64,000 nucleotides of DNA from Chrysomallon squamiferum (Eukaryota; Animalia; Mollusca). The position numbers and the translations under genes are program-made. The stretch is taken from assembly GCA_012295275.1 (NCBI GenBank), contig CM022665.1:25854001-25918000 (forward strand). Reading direction: 5' to 3'. This document shows positions 1 to 12,460 of this stretch, piece by piece (positions within the stretch are counted from its first letter, which is position 1; every line of letters starts with the position of its first letter). The notes beneath the pieces were generated by a model that saw only the letters and a program-made list of their open reading frames with translations, did no database searches and was not told the DNA's origin.

Positions 1-830
1 TCATGGGCTGGAGCCTCCTGACACAAATCATACTTAAAAGGACTGTCGCGTAGAAAACCCCCAAATTCCAGTCATCAGGGAACTTGTAGGATCTGTTTGT
101 TACATCTGTCTATATTATGTGAGTGGGTAGCATGTCAGGCTTGTCCTCCATAGCCATGATGGCAACTTGTTTCACACGCTTTCCTGCCAGCATCCACAGA
201 TACTGCCAGTTTGATGTCTCTTTGATCAAAATTTAATACCCACTCAGCAGGAATGTTGTTTCTCTGTTTGTCAAAATTGGCTGGTGTATTTCATGCCTTT
301 TAATTTCCAAATCCTGGTCTTTATAAAAAAACAAAAACACCTTCATAGCAGGTCTTAGTTAAAGAGAGGGGTCTTCCATGTTCTTCAAAGAAGAATCAGA
401 TTTTGGGTAATACTATGCCTCGAGTCATTGCAAAGACAATGTCCCTGCAGGTTAAGCCTCTGGTATTATGAATTGCTGTGACATGTTGTTTCACCACATT
501 ACAGCTATTATGGTAATAATGATATTCCCATTTTTTTTTGTATGAAAGTTTCATCAACTTGACAGCTTTCTTTGAACTCTCTCACTGAGGCTATCATCTA
601 GCATGGCACACTTTGCAATTTTTTTTCTCTGGTTTCAGGGTACAATGGTTGTTGAAGGTATCATTTTATTCATGTTTTGTTGTGATTGTATTTGATGTCG
701 TTGCCAGGGATACTTCCTTATTCTTGTTGATGGCAGCAATTTTGGCAGCTTTTTCAGCAGTCATTGTCATGGATGGATCCAGTATATCACTTCTTGATGG
801 TTTCTGTGTTTATTTTGCTAGTAAACTACA
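1..830 (-). mobile_element. Decayed pogo/Tigger-family (Tc1/mariner superfamily, DDE_1 type) transposase fossil, truncated by the window edge
   Basis: Minus-strand translation across frameshifts and stops gives motifs in the expected order: DIVFAMTRGIV (~445-410), EHGRPLSLTK (~385-352), IPAEWVLNFDQ (~255-221), WMLAGKRVKQVAIMAMEDK (~196-139), YKFPDDWN (~89-65). These resemble pogo-like motifs (IPxxLVINWDQT, WTMxxKGxKQVxIxGxEDKR, FPxDW). Boundaries are approximate. Confidence 0.75.
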
Positions 831-2030
831 GTATATTGATATTACAATAAAAGACACGTTTAAAAATTAACACATGATGTTTGAGTAACTTAAGTTAATA
901 TTGAATGTATAGTGTCATTCCTGCATGACGACAACTAAATGTAACCTATGGCTTTTAATTAAAACAACATGGCATGTTCAGCAGTAACAGAAAGCCTTTT
1001 ACTTTTCAAGAAAGTGTTTATGTTAATTATCATTGAGTACCAGCTGCAGCTGCAATACTGTTTGTGTAAGCTACATCTGATGTTGGAATACAGTAACACA
1101 TATTGCAGTATGTAATGGATCTAGAGTACATACAAACTTAAATTATTTTTAAAGTTAATATTGATACATTTGGTATTTAAAGAGAACTGGTACATAATAT
1201 CACTTTCAGAAATATGTTTTAATTATGCTTCAAAAATATTGTTTGTAAATATTTTTAATTATGAATAATATATTAAGTTATGTTGCGTGTATTTTCAGCA
1301 ACAACCACTCACACATAGTTGTTTGTGATGTTATAAACGGTGTAGGCAATACCATTTTCATAAAAAGAGATCTGAGATTTTTAAGTATTAATAGTTATTT
1401 TAAAATTGAATTACTAAACTCTAAAATCGATAATATTGTGTTGATTTCTGTTTAATAATTACAACAAATAATTTCTGTTCATTATTTTTGTTGCAGATTG
1501 CATTATAGTCCAAACCACTTACGAGTTATTTCCCCTGTTACAATCTTGAATACCTTTCTTTCTCTAAAAAAAACATTTTTTGAGGCTTTTGATTCCTAAT
1601 AGAAATTATAAGAATATTTCCTTACAATTGCTTTAAAAAACAAAAAGTGAAATTGTAGGCATTAAAGTGAATTACAGAATATTAATTTATATAAATTATT
1701 TAAGAAAGGTTTTTTATTTTTAAGATTTTATTTCATTTTATAAATTTAAATTAATTTCTAAGGCACAGTTTGCGAAATAAAAACTGAAACCTAAATGGAA
1801 AATTTGTTCATGTTTGTTTTGTTTTTTTTGTGGGTTTTTTCCCAATTATAAAAAATAACCAGTGATGCTGATATTTTTATTCAAATTCATTGTTCTTTTT
1901 TAAGCTATCTTTCATTTTACTTTAAACTTTGTAAAAATATTGTTATGAATTTTATTTATGCTTGTGTATGTGTATTTTATATTTTCAATTTTACTTTTTT
2001 TAAATTATTATTATTATTTTTTAAATGCAG

Positions 2031-2123
2031 CTCATCTGGAGCAGATGAAACTTGGTGCATACGAGAAATCTGTTCCATCTCTTTCTCACCGTGGCAACAT
2101 CAGTCCAAAGGCTGAGGAAGAAT
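2031..2123 (+). CDS. Penultimate coding exon of the RING-finger gene (HLEQMKLGAYEKSVPSLSHRGNISPKAEEE)
   Basis: T-rich tract and TGCAG acceptor end at 2030; GTGAGT donor at 2124. The exon is 93 nt, phase 1 to 1, and splices in frame to the exon at 3315. Confidence 0.75.
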
Positions 2124-3314
2124 GTGAGTTGTTAATACAAATATTTAAATTAGTAGCAGAGATTTACAAAACAATCAGTCATGACTCACAGAAAAGACAA
2201 ATTGTTTCTCTACGTTATGTAAGTGTTTTTTTTTTTTAAAAGAGAACTTTTCTGATGTGAAGAAATATATTTTGAGTTGGTCTTAAAAATGATACTAAAA
2301 AAGAAACAAACAAAAAAATACTTTGAAACTGTTAGTGAAATGTGAAACAATACTTTATTCAAATATGTTTCTCGGAAACAAGAGAAGGGATTTTGGAATT
2401 ATTACGACTACATTTACCCAGAAAAGTAGACAACTACTGTTACCAGTGTTCTGCATTCCCATACTATAATATGTCTTATGAAACAACTGATTTGTTCAGA
2501 AGTTTTTACTTTTATAAAATGACAGTGTTTAATGTCATAGTATTGAATTTAAATTAATGTGTTATTTTGGAAAGGAAATTATATTAAAACAAAGAGCACT
2601 GTTAATAAACAGTAATAAACTAAAAGATTTTTTAATATGAATAATGAATTACAATGTCACTGCTTTCAAAATATGGTATGTGAATAACACTGACCTAAAA
2701 AAAAAAAATAAAAAAAAAGAGACAAAGAAACCCAACACTAACAAAAAAAAGAAGGAAACAACTAAACATAAATATTTTATGAATAACTGCATGAATTTGT
2801 TTGATTAAAATTACTGTAATTGTGAAATTTAGTTTCTTGGGTGTCTTGTAAGTATTAACAACTAAAATGCTGTATTTTAACACATCAAGCACATATATTC
2901 TTCTTTTTTTCTGCATTTATTATTTTATAAGAGAAACAATTTTTCCTGTTTTAAATGAGATGCTACTTTTTAAATAATTTAAATAATTATAAACAGCATA
3001 TCTAATGTTCAGAAATTTATTTAATACTTTTACACTTATTTCTTAACTTGACATGTTGTTTACTATTAAATTAGTGGGATTCCTTTTTACTTCTTTTTTT
3101 CTTTTTTTTAAATCTTTACTACAGTTTCTTTTTTCTTGCAAAAACCTATACTTAATTAAAAAACAATTAAAAAAAAATTAAAAATTTGATGTAGTATTAA
3201 TTTCAATATTACAACAAATTCTTTTCATGTTTTCATTCTGAAATTGTAAAAAAATTTAGACAGTAAAAACAAAACACATGATCGTAATTGCTAAATTTAT
3301 AGTTTCTCTTTCAG

Positions 3315-3502
3315 CCCTAATTTCCAGCGACTTGGATCGGGACTGTGCTATATGCATGGATCGCTTGAGGGACTGTCTGATCCAGCCCTGTCACCACATG
3401 GTTACATGTTATGAATGTTCCAAAATGCTTTTCAATAGGAAGGATGGTTGCCCAATTTGTCGTAAAAACATTAAAGAACTGATTCGAGTGTACCATTCAT
3501 GA
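3315..3502 (+). CDS. Terminal coding exon: C-terminal C3HC4 RING finger (zf-C3HC4_3-like, as in IAP/Neuralized/MGRN1-type proteins), probable E3 ubiquitin ligase; 5' exons lie outside the window
   Basis: TTTCTCTTTCAG acceptor ends at 3314. Translation: CAICMDRLRDCLIQPCHHMVTCYECSKMLFNRKDGCPICRKNIKELIRVYHS, then TGA at 3500-3502. Confidence 0.9.
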
Positions 3503-5008
3503 TAAGTTTGTTATAATAATAATAATGTTTACTGCAGGCATTTGACATATTATTACACATAAAATGTCTTTTTAAAAAGCAAATTCATTTTTGAAAAAGA
3601 AAATTTAATGTTCAGGACTGAAATGATTGTTTACTTTTGTCTCAGCTACATATTGCAAATTTATGCATTTACATGAAAATGTAGACACATAATTCTGAAT
3701 TTAAAAAAAAAAAAAGGTGTATATGGAGGTAGCCATGAAAGTGGTGGATATGACTTTCAATATGAAATTAATTTCAGTCTTAAGAAAGAAAAAAAAAATA
3801 GCGTGGAAAATAAATGTTGCAAGTGACATTTATGAATACTTCAAATTCATTATGTAGATTATGTTACATTCTGTTAACACTGTTTGTATCTGTGATTGTA
3901 CTAACATGACATTTGTTGTGATATAGAGAATATTTTTATATGTTACTCACAGACATTGTTTGGGAAGTACAGTTTTATGATCATGATTGATCTCATTATT
4001 TGAATATTGTAGTTCTATTTACCATAAAAATGGCATAGATGATATATGAAAACATATATTTGCATAAAGAATTTGCTACAGAGACATATATCTTGAGAAA
4101 TTTTTATATTTAATGAATTTTGAATATTAGAATATATAATTATTAACAAATTCTTTTACATGTATATAAAAAAGAAAAGAAGGAAAGAAAATGTCAAAAT
4201 TACATTACTGTATTGAGGATAATTTGCCTCTGTTGTTTTTAATAACATAAAACAATGGAGGTTTTTTTATGGGGTGGGGGAGATTAAATAGAAATTTTTT
4301 AAAATAATTACAAGCATATGACAATTATTTTGATTTTTCCAGTGAAGTATGAACTTTTTAGAATACTTTAATCGTAATATGCAGAAAATCAAATTTTATT
4401 AAGATATACAAACTTGGTCATTAGTAATTTTTGTGTAATGTTTAGTAATAATAAATTTTGTAAAGTTTTATTCATAAACTAACTTAAAGACATTTTACAT
4501 CACATGTTTTAGTGTTTTTTCACTTGAGCATCTAGACATATGGTGCTTCTATTGATTGCAAATTTACTACATTCTATTTCTTACTGTTATTATTATCTCT
4601 TAAATATAAATCATATAAAATATAGTCTTAATATCTTATGATATGTGTTTTATCATATTTGTCATTCAGTATTATTTTTTTATCAAGTTACTTCCGTATT
4701 TACAAGTATTTCCAGAGCACTTACAATCGCCACTAAACTATTATTTTTTAATCTCAAGCACAATAAGTGAACAGTTACACAGCTATATTTTATGCTTTGT
4801 TAGTTGGCTTTAATTGTAAATAAGGTTTAAAAAGTGTGTTAGAAAGCACCTGTGTCTGTTAGTTATTAGAACTTCGATCATAGTAATGTAATAAAAGATT
4901 CCTTTGGTTGAAAAACAATATTTGATTTGTGACAGAGGAAATCAAAATGGATTATTTAAAAAGTATTAAATAATTAAATAATATCATTATATTAATGAAT
5001 ATAGTATT

Positions 5009-5063
<55 letters not shown>

Positions 5064-5690
5064 TTTATGTAAATAGATGTGTGTGTATATATCAGTGATT
5101 TAAAAAAAAGAAAGAATTTAATTACTCATTTGCTTGTTTGTTTAACTATTAATGTTGTTTGAAATGTGTAATTTATATTATTTTGTTTTTTTGTTTTTTT
5201 CCATTCAGTAGTATATCAGTGAGTGATATTTGATAAAACCAAACTAATAACAAAAGTGAAAATTTCTTATAATTAATTATTAATAATACTTTGAGTACTA
5301 ATATATTAGAGTGTTAAGAAATCACTGTAAATACTACCACAAAATAATTGTTAGTTTTATCATGGATTTAGTCTCACTCAAAATTAACATTCCATTTTTT
5401 TTTTATAGATACTTTTATAACTGAATCATTGATACCCTGTGCACACAGGATAAATCGTGCCTTTTTTGGATGTTTTGTAATTCCACTTTTGTAGCAGATT
5501 TGTTTATTTATTTATAATTGTTTCTGAAGTCATAACTGAATTAATTGAATCTTATCACAATGTGGAAACAATTTCATTATTTTACTTGAAATAATTTTTC
5601 AGAATAAATTGTTTTTCCTGACAGCAGCAACTTCTTTTCTGGGGCATATGTCATAATGCTGAATTATATTTATAATGTAAGATATTTTAG

Positions 5691-5728
<38 letters not shown>

Positions 5729-5985
5729 AACTAATGGTCAGACTGTATTAAGAATGTTACTCTATTTATTAAGTATTTTTCAGTGATCTTTGTACATTTA
5801 AAAAAATGTTCTTTCATGGTTCCTAATGTTTTCAGGTTAATATATTTTTAAAATAAAAACTAGAAAATGTTAATATATTATTTAAATTTTGTTGAAGTTT
5901 TGTTATAGTTTTATTATTAAATATGAAAATTTTATGTTACTGTGATATTTTTAAAAAGTGTTTCATAGACATTTATTATTTATTT

Positions 5986-5991
5986 AATAAA
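5986..5991 (+). terminator. Candidate polyadenylation signal of the RING gene
   Basis: AATAAA (overlapping pair) followed about 20 nt later by a TG/T-rich tract. Other AATAAA hexamers occur earlier, so this site is not unique. Confidence 0.3.
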
Positions 5992-8300
5992 TAAACCATA
6001 TGTTAAAATCAATGTGTGTGTGTGTGTGTGTGTGTGTTTTTGTACTAGTTTTAAGTTAGTAATGTGTTGAAATTATTGACACAATGTAATACAGTGGCAA
6101 CTGTTTCCATGACTACATTACCAAGATAAAAATAAAAAAAAGAACCAGGCTTGTTATAGTATTAAAAATTATACTGAGTATATTTGTGTAAAAAATAAAA
6201 ATGGGCAACTTTTGTTTACAAAAATTCATTTTTAAATAGGCTGAAACTGTTTATATAACGCAATTTAAATACAGACCAAACTATTTACATGATAATTTAA
6301 AATAAGCTGAATTTTATACATCAGAATATGAAATAATTGACACTTTGTAACTGTTATCAAACCATGTACCATAAGTATCAGTAACAAATCACAATTCCTT
6401 TCCATTTTTGTTGTGGTTTTAACAAGATGACATCTCCAGGTATTTGATTATTATTTTATACTTAATAGTGCAATCATATTTTCTTTATTATTATTCATAA
6501 CCACAACAGAGCTACATTCAGAATTTTAAATGACATACATGATTATAATCTTGATATCTGAGGTGCAAATATACTGTTTAAGTATTAATTTGCAAGTTTT
6601 TCAAACAGGAAACAAAATGGCTGCTTTAGGGCTTTTTCATTTCTGAAAGTATACTTTTCATTGAATTGTATGTTTTTCATTTTAATATTTTGGAAACAAA
6701 ATAAACAGATTTTTTTCATAATAAAAAATTAAAAGTTTTAACTTACACTCTTAATGAAATATTTTTTTAGCTGATCATTCAAATATAATAATTGCTAAAT
6801 TTAGTTAAACTGTTGACATGTTAATACATGATTCTCTGTCAGATATGTTAATCCTGTAGTTCACAAAAAGGTGCAAGAAAATGTTCATTTTTTAGTGGAA
6901 TATCAAAGTAAATTATATATTAAATATACTTCCAAGTATGGATCCATATAAATATTTGGAAAATGTAAGAGAAAAGGAATAGACTTACAATTTACCTGAA
7001 ATCTGATTGACATAATATTCAAGTTATGTATATTTCTGTTATTATTAATACTACAGCTACTACTACCACTACTTCTACTACATATGTTACTGCTACTGGT
7101 AGTACTACTACTTCTACTACTACTGCTGCTGCTGCTGCTACTACTTTTGCTGCTGTTGTTACAGTTATTACTTTTATTATTGATGTTGTTGTTGCCATTC
7201 AGTCACATAACCACATAACAGGGAAGGGAAATAATTCTGAATTGAGATAGAATTTGTATGGAGACATAGCCTGAGTTGGGTGTGTGATAAAACCAAACAT
7301 TTCTGTGATTTTGATACTCGATATATGTACATGGTTGGGTGGCATTAAATAAGCACTCATTGATGCTGTATCTATTATTGTATTTGATAACTGGAGAATA
7401 AAGAAAAAGAAAATTTCACACATTAAGGAAACGAGGTTGTGAATACTGGTTTTCAGTTACTGGGTGTGTGTAAAATTAAAACAAACAAACAAACAAAACC
7501 CAGTATCAGTGGGATATCCCTTCCATGGGTGGATCCATGTTTTATTTTATTTTTAGATAAATCGGGTGTATAAGACTGTAACTTTCATGATTAATATGTT
7601 TCATTTTTTTTTTTTTTTTTTTTTTTTTTAATAGTTCACAAATATACAAGAAAGAATATTTATTTATTTTAAAGATTGTTATTTATTATTTTTTATTCAT
7701 TTATTTATTAATATTTTTTTTTTTTTACTGACATTAAAGATAGTTTAGAAATTATTATTATATTTGCTGAATGAATTTTTTGCAATACCATATAATTTTT
7801 TTTTTTTTTTATATAATATTGGTGTCAATCATTTGTTTATCTTTATCCCTCTGCCCACCAAGAAATGGATTATTGTCATCATTTGGTAGCAGATGAATTC
7901 TTGTATTCATGCCCAGAGAGAAAAGCAAATACCACATAATTTTACAAATCAAAGACAAGACTGTCTGGAATGGGCAATAGCATGGCAGATTAGAAGTATT
8001 GATTCTGTGATCAATTACAAGGAAGAACAGAGCACTCCTTAATATATTAAATTTAATAATAATAATAGCATATGTTTAATAAACAAATAATTTATAAATA
8101 ATTTAATTTTTAATTAATTATTTATTTATTTTATTCTATTTATTTATTTAATTATTTTTTTTTTTATTATTATTTTTTTTTTTTTTTTTTTTTTTTTGAC
8201 AAACTGTGAGACTATCTGGAACGTGATCTATAAATAAATAAATTAAAAAATCAAAACAAAAAACAACAACACCAAAATGATATTGATAATGTGAGTATAC

Positions 8301-8316
8301 TTTATTGCTTTTTATT
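8301..8316 (-). terminator. Candidate polyadenylation signals of the PDZ gene
   Basis: Two AATAAA on the minus strand (8301-8306, 8311-8316) followed by a GT/T-rich downstream element (TTTGGTGTTGTTGTTTTTTGTTTTG). Confidence 0.35.
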
Positions 8317-9228
8317 GCATACAAATGTTACATATGGAACTTCCATCTAGTTATAAAAAATATTATAATAAAACTATACATATATAATTATGTATCAGTA
8401 ACATACAGTGAGTACAGTATGTGTTATATTTAACACACTTCACACTACCCACTTATCTATTATCTACATTAATATACTAACTACTGCACATGTATTTATT
8501 TATTTTTTAATATCTTTTTATTTTGTATTTTATTTTACCTTTATATTTTTATTTTTGTTATTGTTTTTAAATTATTGTTTAAATTTTATATTTTATTTTT
8601 TTATTTTATTTTTTTTTAATTCTTATTCAGTACCATTCTGTTGACAAACATTATACTGATAAAAAACAAAATTATGTCAACAGTTTCTTTGGTAAATTAT
8701 TATTTTCTCTGTTTATTGGTGGATTATACATAAAATTGAAAAAGCAAAAGTAAATATTATTTCTTAAATTATCAATTTTCAAGATGTTTTACAAATAATG
8801 TATTATGCAAATATTTAAGGATTCTAATTTCATTGCCAAAAGTATTTAGTTTCACAATTCATTACCTTTAATATTGTTGGAAACTCCTCATTACAAATTA
8901 ATTTAATTTAGACATTGTATCAGATTACTATGAATGTTATGGGAAGCCACTGTGTTATTCAGTCAATGTTTCTTGGTTTTTATTATTTTATTTTAATTTT
9001 TTACAGTAAAATGTTGCTCCATAATTATTATATTAAATACTTCAGGAAATTGTTTTAGTCGTTATTGTTTGATTAAGAAAACTGTAAAAAGTAATTAAAT
9101 AGCGGAATGGTGCACAGTAGAATGCTGAATTAAAATTGTGGAAATAAAGGTTTTAAATAGATAATGAAATGACAAATGAATTATGTCTGCAGATGGCATT
9201 TGACTTCATTTGTACATTCACTGTAAAA

Positions 9229-9273
<45 letters not shown>

Positions 9274-9511
9274 CAAAGCAGTATTAGTAAAATAATAAAA
9301 AAAAGAAACAGGTAATTATATATATATATATATATTTGTGGGTTTACACATACACTTCTTTATGTTTTGTTTGCTGCAAAACCAAATATTGGTTTACACA
9401 TACACACAGATGACAATATCTATAGATTAAAAAGTTTTCAAGAATAATGCAGAGGAAAATAATATAAATGCAATATTTATTATTTCAATTTAAAAAAAAT
9501 AAAAAAAATAA

Positions 9512-9542
<31 letters not shown>

Positions 9543-9680
9543 TACAATATACGGTTATAATATTCAGTATTAATTCTTACGTATAATTTTCAATGTCTAA
9601 AACACGTAATTGTACATCAATAAAAAAAATGTTAATTCTGTATGGAATGGTATTCGTTCAAGGACGGACAATTATTTTTA

Positions 9681-9712
<32 letters not shown>

Positions 9713-10995
9713 TTTATTTTTTATTTTTCAGAAATGTATCGGATTTGTTAATGAACATACAGTTCACTTACAGAGTTAGAAATGACAATTTTTCAGGCAG
9801 ATTTCAGATACATACACATAAGTAAGCTGTGTATTTTACGTATGACTGTACGTCTTCAGTCTTTCCACAAACTTGTCTCTTTTTCAGTTCGGTGGGTGTA
9901 GGATGAAGATGTCAAAATCAAACAGACTAAAATATATAATGATATTAGGCTACGGGTATGAAATTTAGATCACATTAACCAAAATTAATATCATATTATA
10001 ATTATTATGCCAAATTATATTTTTAAGTAGTTCATTGTTTTTTAACCCAGTCATGGAAGGGAAGATAAACAAATGTTCTGGAATAATAATTCAGCAGAAC
10101 ATTTAAAGTGTTACTGGATAGAAACACCACACAAAAAGAAACAATAATGTTTCTCATATTTTTGCTACCAAATTGTTTCTCCCAGAAGTGTTTAATCTGG
10201 AGCTACAGTCTCATTTTGCAGGACTCACAGATTCTTTTCTCATTTCTTAAACACTTCGGTTATAACATACAATGACCTGATACAGTACAATAACATCCAG
10301 TTATTTCAACAGTCAGTGCATAAGAATATATGATACATAAATATTGTACATCCCTGCAAATATGAATTCATAAAAATATTTACATTATGAAATACGTTTT
10401 ACTAGCTTCAGTTTATGTAATCTGAAACATCAGAAGTTTGTAAATAACATTAACATAACAACAACACACAGAAACAGTTACTTATGTAACGCATATATTG
10501 AGAGAGAGATATGTAAACATTAACATTATAATATATCTTGTAATATTTTACAAAATGAATGTGTGGAATTATTTATCACCAATGGAATGTACATTTCTTC
10601 ATGAATAAGCTTTGAGTTACAGTTCACTTACAAGTCTTTGTTTCTATGTAGCGTACAAAACCATGTAATAGACCTAAAAATCATAAACAGCAACAGTGAT
10701 ACGTCAAGGAACGAACCAACGTGATTTTATTAATGAGAATCCCTACTTAATTAGAGTTACCTTTCATCTCACCATTTCCTCAAGTGTGATACCGACATCG
10801 CTTTTTTCTGAGTATTACCAAAGTAATTCAACAAGAATTAACAACAAACAGAAACAACAGCAGTAATAACAACATTGTTCCTCAAAATCTAAAATAGTAT
10901 ATAAATCTTTTGATATTTATATATATAAGTATTACTTTTAGGTATTACGATTTTTTCCCCCAAAAGCTACATTGAAATCATCATGTGACATCGTA

Positions 10996-11026
<31 letters not shown>

Positions 11027-11351
11027 GAAACAAGAAAGAAAAAGAAAATGTATGTAAATCCTAATTTTCCTTTCTTTACCACAAGTATAAAATATTTACA
11101 GTATTTTGACATTAACGAGCCAATGAGTCCTGAGATATAACCGCCATTAAAATGATTTACAGCAATCGTTCGAGAGATATTCGTCAGTTTTACCCGTCTT
11201 CATTCAATGTTTGCCCAAGTCTTCACTTCTAACAACACGATCAGCTGTGAGGAAAAGGAAATAGAATTTTGTTTTGACCCTGCACTTGCTAAAATCCCTG
11301 GACAGATTTATAGCTGCCATCTGAAACGCTGAATGTTTAGAAAATGTACTT

Positions 11352-12161
11352 TCAGCAGTCTACGTCGTCGTCGGTGTTTGCATGCAGTTGCACGGATAAT
11401 CTGTTCTCTCTTGGTTGATGCGGTTCGTGGTTTTTGTCAGCTGAAACAGAAATTTCTATGTTATTGTTCTTCATTGGCGACAGTTCAGGGGACGTTCCCA
11501 GCCCGTCGTCCTGGCCGTTCGTAGATATCTGTATGGGCGTCGTAGGATCGCCAGAGATATTTGCTAAGTTTTCTCTTGCCGCAAACATATTCTCTGCTCG
11601 CGTCATCTTTCCTATGTGGTCGGTCTCCATGTCAAAAGCAATACAGTCATCAGATGATGTCCTCGAAAGATCTTCATTGGAGTCGACTTTTAAGAGATTT
11701 TTGTCAGTCCAGTCACTCAGTGAGTCATCTTGAGGTATGTTAGAAAACGAGCCTGATCGAACCAGTCTTTTCCCCGACCAGTCCAGTGGATTCCTATTAA
11801 TGAGGTCCTCTTTGCTAACACTCTGTTTCATTTCCTTAAGAGAACCAACGCGCGGTGAACCTTTAACATCCCCGTCCAGAGTAACGTCATAGGACAGAGT
11901 CCGTGAAATACTGTGTTTGTTCAGCGCCATATTTCTGGGCAGCCCAGTAGTGATGTCGTCTCTAATTTCAAACGCGATTCCTCCTTTCGGTGCATTCTGT
12001 GAGTCGATGAAGAGGTCGTTTTCAGAGCTGTGAATCCATTTGATTCCCTGAGTTCCTGGAGGATGAGAATTCATAGAAATGATCTGTTCGAGCAATTCAT
12101 CGTCCAGTTCTTTCATGTTTGGTTTCACTGTTGTTCTCTCCTGTTCGACTGTCACATTAAC
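11352..12161 (-). CDS. TM-PDZ gene exon 7 (terminal; VNVTVEQ...TDDDVDC*)
   Basis: CATTCACAG acceptor, phase 0, 810 nt open to TGA at 11354-11352. Matches ORF 11352..12155. Confidence 0.9.
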   Translation of the reverse strand, partial: VNVTVEQERTTVKPNMKELDDELLEQIISMNSHPPGTQGIKWIHSSENDLFIDSQNAPKGGIAFEIRDDITTGLPRNMALNKHSISRTLSYDVTLDGDVKGSPRVGSLKEMKQSVSKEDLINRNPLDWSGKRLVRSGSFSNIPQDDSLSDWTDKNLLKVDSNEDLSRTSSDDCIAFDMETDHIGKMTRAENMFAARENLANISGDPTTPIQISTNGQDDGLGTSPELSPMKNNNIEISVSADKNHEPHQPRENRLSVQLHANTDDDVDC

Positions 12162-12460
12162 CTGTGAATGTAAACATATAACGTAATTAGAAACATGGAA
12201 GTTTAAGAAAGATCATTATTTATTTGTAGTCGTAAAATAAAAGGCGAAGGATAATCTATAAATATAACAAGAATAAAGTTTTTTTTAAATACTAACAATA
12301 ACAACAACATCAACAACGATATTAACGAAAATAATAACAAACAAAAAGAAAGTTTTTAAAAAGTAACAAAGAACAGACAGAAGCTTGAAACTAAAGATCG
12401 CTCAGATGAAATAATCCTGGAATAAATCGGACTTATAAAGGATATGACAGAATTTCTTAC

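Noticed and set aside
613-870. 85-aa hydrophobic + strand ORF
   Set aside because: Antisense to the decayed transposase, TTG start, no recognisable domain.
1497-1524. Possible extra RING-gene micro-exon after a good acceptor (TTTTTGTTGCAG)
   Set aside because: Only a weak donor follows, and the one frame ending in the required phase 1 contains a TAG stop.
12356-12460. Read-through end of ORF 12356..13729 (VRNSVISF...FFVTF)
   Set aside because: It follows a consensus GTAAGA donor whose phase matches exon 7, so it is treated as intron. A retained-intron isoform cannot be excluded.
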